The position numbers and the translations under genes are program-made. Of a stretch of DNA of 64,000 bases, positions 23,653 to 39,169 are shown one piece after another. The DNA comes from Octopus sinensis (Eukaryota): assembly GCF_006345805.1 (NCBI RefSeq), contig NC_043000.1, positions 118,420,001 to 118,484,000 on the forward strand, written 5' to 3'. The notes beneath the pieces were generated by a model. The model saw nothing but the letters and a program-made list of their open reading frames with translations. It made no database searches and was not told the origin of the DNA. The number at the start of each line of letters is the position of its first letter. Within the stretch, counting starts at the first letter, position 1.

Positions 23653-26010
23653 AAATAAAAATATATATATATATTTAACTGCCTGCATCGTATATGGGAA
23701 ATGCGTATTTACTCTAACATACTTAGGTCTGCCGTGGGCCCTTAGGAAGCAAAAGACCAGAGCTTAAACAGTTTTCCATGACGTATAAGTGACTGAGATG
23801 AGAACACTCTCTCCTAAACGGGATTCCGATCTATCGCAGAGTTAACATCCTAGCCATTGTTGGAACTCATTTACTGCCATGTCGTCTGGAACAATGTGGA
23901 ATGAAGTACTTTGCTCAAGAACACAACTTGCCGCCTGGTCCGGGAAATGAAACCCGATCTTACGACACTAAGCACTAGATGCCTTCGCTTTTAATATAAC
24001 TGGATCCGATTTAAAGTAGTACAAATAATTATGGAGCCCTAGTGCACAAATGGGTCTAATCAACATTGCTGGAATGGGAACTCACAGCGTAGCTAGACGA
24101 AACTAAGCACCGTAAAGCATTTATCCAAGCAATCCTTGCTGTTTTTCCAAAGACCGAACAACTGCTTTAAAATTATTCAACGGCTAAGCCCGGTAATTTT
24201 GTAATTCATTACGTGTGTCTGTGTGTTAATTGTTGGCTTATAATTGTTGTTTTTTTTTGCAATGCCTCCGAGAATAAGTTGGGGATATAAGTATATAGTT
24301 CCTTTCCAGATCATCTTCTATTATATTGGTTTCAAATGGTAGCTCAAGGCCAGCAATTTCAAGAAGAATGCTAAGCCGATTTCATTGACCCCAATGTTCA
24401 GCTGGAACATATTTTATCGACCTTTAAACTCAGAACGTAGACGGGCGAAATGCTGCTATTTTGCCCGGCGTGTTAACGATTCTGCTAGCCCGTCGCTTTA
24501 ATCTTATATTTTCAATTAGTATATTGAACAAAGTAAAGCTACACATAAAATAAAAGAAATACTCAGGAAATTAATCTGAATAAATTTATTAAATTGTAAT
24601 TATTAAATTGTAAATATTTTAAATTGTAATTCAAGTCGACTACTGAAGTTTCTTGCTAGAAAAAAAAACAGGGTTAAATGCTTGCGTATATTATAGCATA
24701 AAATTTTATATCATAAACCATTATATAACTGTTATTATATCATAAGGGGTAAAAGAACTGACAGAAGCCACCGTTTATGGGTTAGTATTATATTTTGTTA
24801 TGAAGAGTTGCATTTTATTCCTGTAAGAAAACCGGAACTCTATATGTTTTCTCTAAAAGGTAAGTCCATAATAAAAATGGCGGTTGTATTGAGAACTGCA
24901 ATTCTGAACATAGACGCTTTTCATCTTTTATTTTTTACTCATATCATACTGTGGCCTTGCTGGGGCACGGCCTTGAAAAGTGTTTGTGTTTTTAGATGAA
25001 CAAATCAATCCCAGTGCTAATTTTTTAAAGCTTGGAAATTATTCTATCTTTGTCTTTGGCTGAACCGCAAAGTTACAGGGAAGTAAAGAAACCAATACTT
25101 GTTGTCACGTAGTGATGAGTCAAACACTGACCAAATAACCTATACATATGTATTACATGCTTCAACATAGTTTCAAAGTACTAGATTTATACACAAGGCA
25201 TTAGTCGGTCAGGGTATATAGTAGACGGCACTTGCCCAAAGTGCCATGCTGTGGAACTGAACTTGAGACCATATATTGTTGCAAACCGATCTTCTTAACC
25301 AAACAGCCATGCTTGCACCTGCTACCATATATATTGCTTAGAAATATTCTTTTCTAAAGAAATGGAGATAATTACAATCAAGGAATCTTTTTTGGAAAAG
25401 TTAAGCAATTTACTCTGCTTAATTATCACCGATATTAATATTTTGTTAACAATCGAGCACAACAAATAGGGCTCAGGTGTTTTGCATATTTCTAAAACTT
25501 AATTGAAGAAATGTCTAGAGTTATTGCTAAAATGCATGCCAAATTATATACAGAAATAAGCATTTAGAATTCATGAATTTACTCTAATTAAATTTAGCTT
25601 TAATTAAATTGTTTAAATTTAGTTAAATGCTATAAATTTAATGGATATTGGAAAGATGAGTTTTCACATCTCTCCAATATTGCTGAATAATAAAATCGCT
25701 AAATGATATAATTCCCCACAATATTATTTGTCGCATTAATCACAGATTACTGGAAGCTCCAAATGTTTTTCTTTTCGTCAAATCTAATATGATTTTTAAA
25801 GTAGTTTAGATATTATTATGAAATTAAAAAAACAGAGTTGGGTATGTTAATGATCTTAAGTCACGTGTTAAATACATAAACGCAGCGGAGTGTTTCTTTG
25901 AAGTTGAGAACTACTAAAATAATAAACGACATAGGATACACACAAACATAGAGACATACATGTAGACACTTGCATGAGTACACAAACATATACCCTCGTA
26001 TTTCTTTCTA

Positions 26011-26577
26011 CTGGGTTGTCCGGAAAGTTCGTGCTGATTTTTAAAGGAAAGAAAAAGGTCAATACATACTTGCCTTTAATTTTTTTAATCAACCAAATAT
26101 GAACCATTTTGCTGCACAATGCGTCTTCATCTTTCCTTTAACTTGAAAATACCCCCTTCCCAGAATTAAGGTGGTTTCATGGCAAACAATTCATCAAGGT
26201 ATCTTTTTACGTCATCCAAGGAATTGAAATTTTTACCATTAAGGCTATTCTGCAGAGACCTAAATAAGTGGAAATCCGAAGGAGCAATATCTGGTGAATA
26301 TGGAGGGTTGGGTAACACATCCCAGCCTAGCTGCACCAATTTTTGTCTGATTCCCAAAGTATCAAGTGCCGAAAATGAACTTTCTTATCTTCCATTTTAA
26401 AAGGTTACAAAATTAACACAGGTTATAGGAATATAAACCTTCTTCCACGAAAAGATAGCTTAAACTGTGCTCTAAATGGAAGTGTAGTCAAATCCTATTT
26501 TATGGACTCAACCATGTTCTAAAATAAGTCGAAAGGTAAGCTGCTATAAGTCGGCACGAACATTCCGGATAACTCAA
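26011..26577 (-). mobile_element. Internally deleted mariner element with both TIRs and a TA TSD
   Basis: Left TA|ctgggttgtccggaaagttcgtgctgattt; right aagtcggcacgaacattccggataactcaa|TA. The ORF carries WDVLPNPPYSPDIAPSDFHLFRSLQNSL (YSPDLAPSD motif). Confidence 0.92.
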
Positions 26578-26764
26578 TACTTTGACATGTGGGCTTAAAT
26601 TTCGGAGGAGGGATAAAATCGATTACATCGGCCCCTGTGCTCAAATGCTGCTCAAATGTTGCAAGGATGGAAGACAAAGCCGACCTCTGCGGAAATTGAA
26701 TTCAAAACGTAAAACCGGATGAAATATCGCTAAACCTTTTTCTAACAAGCGATTTTGCCTGCTC

Positions 26765-27138
<374 letters not shown>

Positions 27139-27196
27139 TCATGCATACATGCATACATGCATACATACATACATACATACATACATACATACATAC

Positions 27197-27500
27197 ACGC
27201 TGAACTATTGCGAAATCTGCAGTTATTCTATGCAGATTGCAAGTTCAAGTTTATACCTGTAATTATTGGGGGCCTGGGATATGTAACACACTACCTAAAT
27301 ACCAACCTTGAGAAATTTGACTTTTCAAAACCAAAAAGGAGAGACCTATTTCGAAGACTACAGATTCAATCCATCACTGAAACTGTAAAAATCTGTAAAA
27401 CTTTCCGAAGTTTAACATTTAAATATATATGAGGATGTCTAAATATGTAAATATATGTATGAGAATACATATATAAAACAAAACATACAAATCTGCACAT
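27197..27500 (+). mobile_element. Second, shorter 3' end of the RLE retrotransposon, inside (CATA)n
   Basis: AELLRNLQLFYADCKFKFIPVIIGGLGYVTHYLNTNLEK aligns with the ORF at 42-470. Both copies share the 3' end aaatctgcacat. Confidence 0.85.
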
Positions 27501-27525
27501 ATACATACATACATACATACATACA

Positions 27526-27557
<32 letters not shown>

Positions 27558-27560
<3 letters not shown>

Positions 27561-28278
27561 TGTTGTTGATGTTGAAATTCCAAAGCAATGAAGTCATAAA
27601 GTGATTTATGGACTGAATGGATGTAGACTGGAAATAAGTCGTTCACTAAAGGTTGAAGGGTTCGCGCTCCCGACCTGACTTTGATATGCAAATGGATCGT
27701 GTATGCACGGAATGAACTTGATCCTCAGATTATAGTGATAAGTTTTATCCAATGTTGTATATCGTCTGCACTGGATGGTACTCAGGACGACGTTGTATGG
27801 AAAGATGAAATAAATGAAAGTGAATCTTCTGATTTTGACTATGAATCTGACGATGACGGAGACTTACACTACAATGATGCTGACATGTTTACGAAGAAAC
27901 AAATAGAACAGTTATTTGATGCTGAAAGTGACATTGAATTTGAATTTGAAGGATTTGAATAAATATTTTTGCTTTTGTAACTGATAGTGATAAATATGTA
28001 AAGGCAATTTACATAGTATTTATTTTTCACTGATGTTATTACTGTTATTTCTTTAGTTTCTGCAAACAAAATGCACAAAAAAGCTACACGTTTGCATTAT
28101 GTTATATATACAATAATAATAAAGGACGTTAACGTATACATTTTCACAAACCAAGGACGTTATATAGACCTCCTTGACTCAAGTAAGTGAAGGGGTGCGT
28201 ATTATACACAAGGTTTAGGTTTTTTTAGAGGTACAGCCCCCTAAAAATTCCCTGCGTATTATACTCGAGGATTTACGG
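27558..28278 (+). mobile_element. Tc2/pogo-type DNA transposon 3' half (DDE transposase C-terminus and right TIR)
   Basis: ...DLWTEWM*TGNKSFTKG*RVRAPDLTLICKWIVYARNELDPQIIVISFIQCCISSALDGTQDD resembles pogo/POGK-like transposases. Ends gtattatactcgaggatttacgg|TA. Confidence 0.8.
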
Positions 28279-28328
28279 TATATAAATTAATGATACATAT
28301 ATATATACATATACATATATATATGAAT

Positions 28329-28361
<33 letters not shown>

Positions 28362-28381
28362 GTATATATATATACACATAT

Positions 28382-28412
<31 letters not shown>

Positions 28413-28421
28413 CATGCATAC

Positions 28422-28487
<66 letters not shown>

Positions 28488-28560
28488 TGTGTGGTGTGTG
28501 TGTGTGTGTGTGTGTGTATACATAGAAGATAGGGGTACGTTACGCCGCAATAATATATGT

Positions 28561-28945
28561 ATAGAAATTAAATATAAAATATAAATTACAAAGTGGGACA
28601 AGAACGCAAAAACACACAGAGACGACACAAAAAAACAGACGGGTTTTTTATTTCTGTTTTTTATTTCTATTTTTGTTTCTTGTATTTATATTCGTGTGGC
28701 ATCCTGTCTTTGTTCCGTATACATTCGATCCTCTTTCCAAGAAATCCAATGCCTGTGGCTTGGTTTTTCCTTGGGGCTGGCCGGATCGGAGTAATATCGA
28801 GATTAAACAGCCGAAATTACTAAGATGATCCGGTTCCCGACTGAAGATTAGAGGCTTCGAGTGATCCATCTGTTTTTTTTGTGTCATCTCTTTGTGTGTT
28901 TTTGCGTTCTTGTCCCACTTTGTAATTTATATTTTATATTTAATA

Positions 28946-28950
<5 letters not shown>
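28561..28950. repeat. Inverted repeat with ~80-bp arms and a ~220-bp spacer, between TA tracts
   Basis: attacaaagtgggacaagaacgcaaaaacacac at 28584 is mirrored by gtgtgtttttgcgttcttgtcccactttgtaat at about 28894. Confidence 0.9.
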
Positions 28951-29013
<63 letters not shown>

Positions 29014-29545
29014 GAGAGAGAGATAGACAGACAGACAGACAGATAGATAGATAGATAAATAGATAGATAGACAAATAGATCCTTATAATAATATTCATAT
29101 AAATGCACGTAAGCATTCACATACTAATTACACATACCCTCCAGTATATTTTTATATGTAAGTCGGCGAGGGGGAGGGGTCGTAGTCGAAAATAAAGTTA
29201 CTTGTTAAGCTTCATTAATACCAATGTGATTCTCATGCGTTTGGAAAGGAACTCATTCTGCAGCTTTTTCTATCAATCTTCCCCCAAAATATAGGGCATA
29301 TGCACCGGATCCATTAGAAACTTATGTTTACTTATATTATGAAAATAAACTTGCGCGTGTGCGTGTCTTTCTGTTTTTTTGTTTTTTTTTTCATTTTCTG
29401 TTAGGCTTTATTCTTTAATTTTAATTGAATATTTGACCAGCAATCCGCACTTATATCTTTTTGTAACCAAGTGTGTGATTGGAGTAACGTGTTATGTTCA
29501 AATCAGATGATTTATGTGATATCCCTTGCATATCTTCTTCCATAA

Positions 29546-29972
29546 CCTATTTCTTTTCTACCCACAAGGGGCTAAACACAGAGAGGACAAACAAGCAAAC
29601 AAGGACAGACAAACGGATTAAGTCGATTATATCGACCCCAGTGCGAAACTGGTACTTATTTAATCAACCCCGAAAGGATGAAAGGCGAAGTCGACCTTGG
29701 CGGAATTTGAACTTAGAACGTAATGGCAGAAGAAATACCTATTTCTTTTCTACCCACAAGGGGCTAAACACAGAGAGGACAAACAGGGACAGACAAACGG
29801 ATTAAGTCGATTATATCGACCCTAGTGCGTAACTGGTACCTAATTTATCGACCCCGAAAGGATGAAAGGCAAAGACGACCTCGGCGGAATTTGAACTCAG
29901 AACGTAGCGGCAGACAAAATACCGCTAAGCATTTCGCCCAGCGTGCTAACGATTCTGCCAGCTCGCCGCCTT
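29546..29972 (-). mobile_element. SINE family A dimer
   Basis: Two linker+body units, head at 29972. Confidence 0.85.
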
Positions 29973-30394
29973 TTTCCATAACCCTTTTTGTCGTAGTCAG
30001 TCGGTCACATGTGCACACGAGTGCAAATAGAACGGTTACAGTCGTGCTTTGACTACTTCTTTAATCAATAACACCTGCCACCCGACTCATCCTCTCCGCA
30101 ACATTTTTAGTTTCTGTCTCAATGTGTACAACTTCACCTCCTCAATTCCGTTGCTTCCCGACGCTGTTTGGTCTCGCGCTACATATTAGGATTTCAGTTA
30201 TTTTATTTTTATGCTCTGAATTCAAATGCCACCGAGGTCGAATTTGCCTTTCATTCTTCAGAGTCGATGAAATTAGTATCAATTGGACACTAGGATCGAT
30301 GTAATCGATTATCCTTCCTCTCGAAAATCGCTGGCCTTGTACCTAAATTAGAAAAACTGTATTTCAATTAGATATGGAAAATGATGAGTGTTTA

Positions 30395-30481
30395 TAAATA
30401 AGGTTCAATCCCACTGCGTGGCGCCTTGGGCAAGTTCTTCTGCTATAGCCTCGGGCCGACCAAACTGAAAGAAGCCCGTCC

Positions 30482-30568
<87 letters not shown>

Positions 30569-30780
30569 ATGTGTATGTGTATATTTGTCTGTCTATGTTT
30601 GTCCCACCAACATCACTTGACAACCCGATGCTGGTGTGTTTACGTCCCATAACTTAACGGTTCGTCAAAAGAGACCGATAGAATAAGTACTGGTCGATTT
30701 GCTCGACTAAAAGGCGGTGCTCCAGCATGGCCGCAGTCAAATGACTGAAAGAAGTAAAAGAGAGAAAGAGAAAGAGAAAA
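30395..30780 (+). mobile_element. SINE family B
   Basis: ggttcaatcccactgcgtggcgccttgggcaag, then (TA)n(TG)n, then a tail ending in gagaaaa repeats. Confidence 0.85.
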
Positions 30781-30973
30781 AAAGGCAAAGTATATTTTCT
30801 TAAACTTGCTTTAATTTGTTCCAAGTCACCATAGGAACACAGCAGATGTTAATATATGTAACTAAAGACTGTACAAAAGAAATTAGCAATCAATTCGCTA
30901 TCCAGTTAGATATGTAATAACGGTGAGTTTTGCAGCGATGAACAGCCATTTGTTGGAATTCCTGCTCATCAAA

Positions 30974-31355
30974 TCTCTCTCTATATATTAAGCTGAAGTT
31001 GTCTGTGTATGGCAAGTTTGGTAGCCTTCAACTAACACTATCTCCTCCGAGACCCTGCGGCGCAAATTGACCAAAATTGAGAGTATGATAGAAAAAGGCT
31101 TGCTCTTCATTCCGTAGAATCGGACCACGTTAAGACCAAAACTTATTTACATCAAAAAGATCCTTTTTTTTCTATGAAAATCTCCATTTTTTACGATTTT
31201 TTGACTGGTGTGTCGCCATTTTTCGGTGTATTTCAACCAGAAAAATGTTTACTTAAAGAGAATAACAAGCTACATAATGCAAAAATTTTACTTTGCAAAA
31301 GTTCCAATTCTAAAGGGTCGAAACAAACCCGAGCAACGCCGGACGATACTGCTAG
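30974..31355 (+). mobile_element. Non-autonomous Helitron
   Basis: 5' A|TCTCTCTCTATATATTAAG. 3' GC-rich hairpin-like cccgagcaacgccgg, then CTAG|T about 10 nt later. Inserted between A and T with no TSD, matching Helitron hallmarks. Confidence 0.75.
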
Positions 31356-31700
31356 TTAATTTATAAACGGCAGTATATTTCACAGACATATCTATCTTTC
31401 TCAAAATTACTCGTTCTAACCAACGCTGCCTTTGAATTACAGGTAAAATCCAAGGTCATTCAAAGAAATCGAGAAGAACTGGCCGCAATATTAAACTGGC
31501 ATTTCATTTATCGACTCCGATATATCAAAAGGCACTACTGACTTGAGCAATATTTGATCTCAGAGCTTAGAGAAACGGAATGAACATTGCAAGACATTCT
31601 GGCCGACGCTCAAAGGACTCTCTCAAATGACCGCATTTCTCTAACAACTGTAACTTTAATTTAATTACCCACATATACATAAACGTGTGTGTGTGCATGT

Positions 31701-31743
<43 letters not shown>

Positions 31744-31781
31744 CACACACATATATGTTTATATAAATACATATATATGCA

Positions 31782-31812
<31 letters not shown>

Positions 31813-32097
31813 GTATATTTATATACATATATATGTATTTATATAAATATATATATATATATCTTTATACATTTATACATTTATATGTATATATACATAT
31901 ATATGTGTGTATATATACATAAGTATGTATATATATATACATATATATATGTATAATACATACATATATATATGTGTATGTATATATATAATGTATTATA
32001 TATATAATGCATATATATATTACATACATACATATATATGTGTATATATATATGTATAATACATACATATATATATGTGTATGTTATATTATATATG

Positions 32098-32151
<54 letters not shown>

Positions 32152-32454
32152 TATAATATATATACATATATACGTATGTATGTAATGTATATATGCATCA
32201 AATCGACTGGGAGAATATACAGAATGTATATTAACTATATACCATTGGCTTTAAAAACCTGTCGAAACCATTTTGCTAAAATAATTATTTGTAGAGAATA
32301 TTTTTATTTTTCAATTTAACTCAAAATCTAAGTCTTCTGGTACAAACTGAAAAAATATATATACATACACACACACACACACGCATACACACACACAACA
32401 CACACAACATACACAACACACCACACACACCACACACACCACACACACCACACA

Positions 32455-32490
<36 letters not shown>

Positions 32491-33061
32491 CGTAAAAGAA
32501 AAAATATGAAAATAAATAAGATCGACAAATCTAAAATACTATTTTATGTTTTAGTAAACTGTACTAAAATAGAGTTCAATTAATTATGGACATAATGTAT
32601 ATTTTTCACAAATATATAGTTATCCTTAGCCAACCATATTGCTGATGGCAACCGTATTTCCTGGCTGCTGAAGCAGTAGGAATTACAACGAAAAAAATAT
32701 TTCATACACCATAGTTTCACCGGTAATAACATTATATTCACATAACGGCAATAATGAAAATTCTATTTTTAAGTATGTCGTCTTGCTGTGTTACTAATGA
32801 TTTGAATAATTTGTCAATTTGTAGTCATCATAAATATAGCAAATTAGTTTTTTTTTTCTTTTTTTTTTTTTAAATATTGATAATTGCTGGAGAGAAATAA
32901 AGGGTGGGGGAGAAAATGAATCGAATTCTTTTTGGGATCTCTCGAAAATTATTTTTAAAAAAATTATATTAAATGAGAATAGCGTTTGTTTACAAATATA
33001 TTAATCATCAAATCAGAATGACACTAGTTTGCTTCTGTCATACCTCAGCAACAGGTGTGTG

Positions 33062-33113
<52 letters not shown>

Positions 33114-33492
33114 CGTGTATGTTAAGTATCGTGATTGATCTTAGTATTTGTGTATGTCTATATGTAAATATATATTTAAATATAAATGTATATATATATA
33201 CATATAAATATATATATATATAACTCTTATATATTTGCAAAGCAGCCTTGTCTTTCATCGCGACCTGGTGATTACCGCTCGTTGATAAGAGACAATAATC
33301 TCGAAACTAGTCCGTGCGTATCACTCAGGCTTGCGAGAAAGAGATGGCCTCCCTTTGCAAATACTTCAAGGGCACTGAAATGGTGTCTAAAGCCAGCTGG
33401 AGACGACGATCTCCTGGGGCTATAAAGCTACAGTAACACCCCCTCCCCTTTGTGGTTAGCCATATTAAGATGGCTTCTATACTTTACATGTA

Positions 33493-33525
<33 letters not shown>

Positions 33526-34611
33526 GCATATATATATATATGTATATGTATATACATACAGACGTACATACATATATATATATGCATGCGTGCATACATA
33601 AATACATACATACATACATGCATACATACATACATACATACATTCATACATACATACATGGTGGTTGTCTACTCCTTATGCAGAGTTTGACCACCTCCTG
33701 TATCTACACCTTAGAACCATCATGGCATCTGATGTGGCTTTCTAAACCAGACAATGTTTGGCAAAGACACCTCCATATATTACATATCCGATTTGGACCA
33801 CCAAGAACTGCAGATAAGTTCTGATCTTTGTGGATCTTAAAATGTCTTTTGAGGCCTCCCTTATATTTGCAAACCTTTTAGCATACATTGCATTTAAAGG
33901 TGTGCACAGACACATAGGCATACATACATACATACATATGTAATTTATAAAAAAAAAAGCGACAAAAATGCACAAGAAAAAACAATAACGGAGGACGTGG
34001 TGCCTGCAGAGTATGAATAAGACGCTCAGGGAAGGAAAGGAAGAATGTTTTACGTTTTGAGCAAAGCTCTTCTTCAGAAAGTGGAAACAGAGGAAAATCC
34101 AAAAGTAAAGGAGGACAGAGGAAAAAATTGCCAACAGTCCACATGTGGTTTCATATTTTATTTCTCTTCATGTTCCATCTGGTCGGCGATCTTGGTACTT
34201 CACCTCATCCTAGCATCCGCACAACTCTGTAGCAAACAAGTAAGGCCATCGAATTTCTTATTTTTTTCTCTCTGCTTTCATCAGCTTCCTTCCTTTCAGT
34301 TATCTTTTGACCTCAAATGTACAATGCTTTGTCTTATATTATGCCCAATGATTTTAGCGTTCTGCAATTTCTGGTGATCGTGCCTCATCCATGGACTGCC
34401 AACGTTTTGTCATTATACCTGTATAGAAGACATTCATCAATTGTCTAAGAACTAAATCGCTGCAGCATTGATAATGTTTTGCCCTTCGCTATTCACACAG
34501 GCCATATGTATTGCGCATGCTTATACTTATTCAGTTGGGTTGAATGTCGTTCCACTAGCAAGTAACAGTCTGGTTTAGATTTGTGATTCTTTCACCATTT
34601 ATCTGTTTTTC

Positions 34612-34832
34612 TTTTGTCTCAGCCATTGGCCTACGGCCATGCTGGAACGCTGCCTTGAAGGGTTTAATTTAAGAACTAGACTCCAGGACTTAGTATAGTA
34701 GTTATTCTATCCGCCACTTTTACCGAACCAGGGACGTTTCAGGGACGTAAACAGACCAAAGCCGGTTGTCATCCGATGTTGGTGAACAAAAACAAGCATA
34801 ACACACCCCTCCCCTACATACACACACACACA

Positions 34833-34863
<31 letters not shown>

Positions 34864-34869
34864 TATATA

Positions 34870-34938
<69 letters not shown>

Positions 34939-35062
34939 TACGACGGACTCCTTTCATTTTCTGTTGCCAAATCCACTTATAAGGCTTTGTAGGACCTAGG
35001 CTATAGTAGGAGGGCTTTACCACGTGCCACGCAAACTTTTTCCCACAAAGCCACAACTGCGC
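34612..35062 (-). mobile_element. SINE family B, diverged
   Basis: Tail ccatgctggaacgctgcc, microsatellite 34815-34940, head remnants. Confidence 0.7.
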
Positions 35063-36256
35063 CAATATTTACAATCTTTATAGGTAATGACAAATATTTT
35101 CAGAAGTCGTTGGTGCTACGAACATTCATATTGTGAGTGGCTACGAGACTGTCGTCTCTGGAATGTCATATGCTAATGCAAATGGATTTTGTTCTCTTTT
35201 ACAGTATCTTCATTATGTGTAATCAAACCAGTTTTGAAATTTCTGCTCCACTATAGAGTCCTTTGGGGACATTGAAATTTTGTTTTCGGATTTCTTGACC
35301 GAGACAGAATTTCCAGAAAATGAAAACGGCTTAAAGTCATTCCTGTCTGTCAGCAGCTTCAACACCAAGCTGAAATACGTACAATAACTTACAACAAATA
35401 TCAATCGTAGAAATACTGAAAGTATCTGGTTTAATCAATCCCGTAAATAAATTGTATTTTCAAATGAAGCTAGTATTATGAATCGTTAACCAAAAATCTA
35501 AAAGCAACGAAACTGAAATGTATTTCTAGAGACACGAATAAGAAATTTCAAAATGGGAAAAAGTCTCGCTATACATTAAAGACTGCAGATGAGACCATGT
35601 CATATGTCCATACAAATAAGCCTAAAATCCAGCTTTTATACACCTCTATGTATTAATGTATTTCGAATTGATGAACACGGTTGGGTAATTGACTAACGAA
35701 CTTAGTACGTAAAATAAAGCGCTACGACAAGATTAAATACATTCACTATCCATTTTTCTGGAAAAGTATATTCGAATATTACGAGGCACATTATGGAACT
35801 GACAGAGAAACAGAGGCACATTATGGAACTGACAGAGAAAACTTTATCACCAAGCAAGAATTGTAACTAATTATTAAATTTTCATTATTGTAAACTATTA
35901 TCATTTTCTAAATTCATTATTTTAACTGTTTTGCTAATTATTATTTATTTTACCAATTATTTTTGCTAATTATGTTTGTATTTATTTCTTTCTACTAATT
36001 TCTGCTAATTATACAGATTGCTACTAATTTCGGCTTATTTTTTATGCTCATTGTACTTCTTGCAAATTGCTATTACTCTTGCTAATTTCGACTGCAAATC
36101 TCTAACACCAAACCAAATAACACCGGATCAATTCGGCTGGAAGGTACGAGCCATTACCTATAAAATAGTGAAACTCGAATACCATTTTGTACAAAAGAAA
36201 CTTCATAGTTTTACATCAAGTACTGCATTTGCATAAATACGAAAATCAAGTAACAG

Positions 36257-36314
<58 letters not shown>

Positions 36315-36429
36315 GTAGGTAGGTAGGGTTAGGGTTGGGGTTTTAGGGTTAGAGTGACGGACAAAAATAAAAATTGAAGCATGAACGATCATGGTGGTGC
36401 TTCAGATACACTCGTTTATTGATACGTTT

Positions 36430-36486
<57 letters not shown>

Positions 36487-36638
36487 GGTTGTGTAGTAAG
36501 AAGCTTATTTGCCAAACTCATAGTCCAGATTCAGTTCCACTTGAGAAAGTGACTTCTACTATGGCCTCGGGCCGACCAGAGCCTTGTGAGTGGATTTAGT
36601 AGACAGAAACTGAAAGAGGCCTGTACATATATTATATA

Positions 36639-36723
<85 letters not shown>

Positions 36724-36729
36724 TATATA

Positions 36730-37295
<566 letters not shown>

Positions 37296-37313
37296 ACTAC
37301 ACACACAACATAC

Positions 37314-37367
<54 letters not shown>

Positions 37368-38129
37368 TATATATATATATATATATATAAGTATATAATA
37401 CGTATGGTATGATATAAATTTACATATGATATATTATGATATATATATATATGTAATGCATATTATATATTTATGTATAAATATTTTATGTAAATGCTTC
37501 CAATATTCTTAATTTTAATACTTAACCCGTTCTTATCACTATTTTATTTTATTTTCACAAAATCCAACGCAATATATCATTTCATTATCCTAAAACAAAC
37601 CGATATACCTCTACATCTACATATGACTATCAATTATATTACAACGTGAAACTTTAAACTCACTTCTCTAAAATTCTTGACATAACCAGTTTTAAATCGA
37701 TAGCTTTTACAATCTTCTGAATTTCAATTTTTAAACATAATGCTTTACTCTAACTTCAACCACATTCATATCAATTTAATGTGCCAGTTCGAAACAACAT
37801 GATGTATATCCAGGAATACAACAAATAAAGTCTACAGTCCTATATAATGTTCCTCGCCTTACTCTATTGTTATGTAATAATTTAATTTGAAATTCGTGTG
37901 ACTGAAAGCCAAACAAATATTATTCATCCGATTTTTGATTTAATATTACTGTAACCTACATATATTCCTAATCATAGTTTTACTTTTCTTTATAATATCT
38001 TATTATTTTATTATATTATCTTAATAATCCAATATTCGATTTTATCTTATATTATACAGCTGCTTAATATATATATATACATATATATATATATCTGTGT
38101 GTGTATATGTATATATATATATATATATA

Positions 38130-38530
38130 GGCTTAGAAGTGGCTGTGTGTTAAGTAGATTGCTTACCAATCATATCGTTCCGGGTTGAGTCCCACTGCGT
38201 GGCACCTTGGGCGACTGTCTGCTACTATAGCCTCGGAGCGACCAAAGCCTTGTGAGAGGATCTGGTAGACGGAAACTGAAAGAAGCCCGTCGTATATATG
38301 TATATAAATATGTATCCATTAGTGTATGTGTTTTATGTGTCTGTGTCTGTCCCTCAACATCGCTTGACAACCGATGTTGCTGTGTTTACGTCCCCGTAAC
38401 TTAGCGGTTCGGCAAAAGAGACCGATAGAATAAGTACTAGGCTTACAAACAAAAGTCCTGGGGTCGATTTGCTCGACTAAAGGCGGTGCTCCAGCATGGC
38501 CTCAGAGACATGACTGAAACAAGTAAAGAG
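38130..38530 (+). mobile_element. SINE family B
   Basis: gtggctgtgtgttaagtagattgcttacc...ctgaaacaagtaaagag. Confidence 0.85.
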
Positions 38531-38584
38531 TATATGTATATATATATATATATATTATATATATTATAATATATATATATATAT

Positions 38585-38648
<64 letters not shown>

Positions 38649-38868
38649 CGGAGAGCTGGCAGAAGCGTTAGCACACCGGGCGAAATGCTTAGCGGTATTT
38701 CGTCTGTCTTTACGTTCTTAATTCAAATTTCGCCGAGGTCCACTTTGTCTTTCATCCTTCCGAGGTCGACTAAATAAGTACCAGTTACTCAGTGGGGTCG
38801 ATGTAATTGGTTTAATCCCTTTGTCTGTTCTGTTTTCCCCTCTATGTTTAGCCTCTTTGAAGCAATAA

Positions 38869-38911
<43 letters not shown>

Positions 38912-38924
38912 ATATATATTATAC

Positions 38925-38992
<68 letters not shown>

Positions 38993-38997
38993 TATAA

Positions 38998-39110
38998 GCG
39001 CTTGGTTCAGTGGTTCGAGCATCGGGCTTACACTCATGAGGTAGCGATTCGATTCCCGGACCAGGCTGTGTGTTGTGTTCTAGAGCCAGACATTTTATTT
39101 CACATTGCAT
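38998..39110 (+). mobile_element. 5' part of another tRNA-derived SINE (family D)
   Basis: ggttcagtggttcgagc...ttcgattcccggaccaggctgtgtgttgtgttc. Related pieces lie near 23850-23990 (-), 54040-54170 (-) and 56880-56990 (+). Confidence 0.6.
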
Positions 39111-39169
39111 TTGCAGAGGTGTGTTTAACGATATTTAGTACTTAAAGTTTGTCGTTAAGAGCTCTGCTA

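Noticed and set aside
35213-35404. Possible minus-strand exon after tatttcAG
   Set aside because: No recognisable domain, an early stop and no partner exon. RNA-seq would be needed.
36325-36352. Interstitial telomere
   Set aside because: Only a few imperfect TTAGGG units, grading from a (GATA)/(GGTA) tract.
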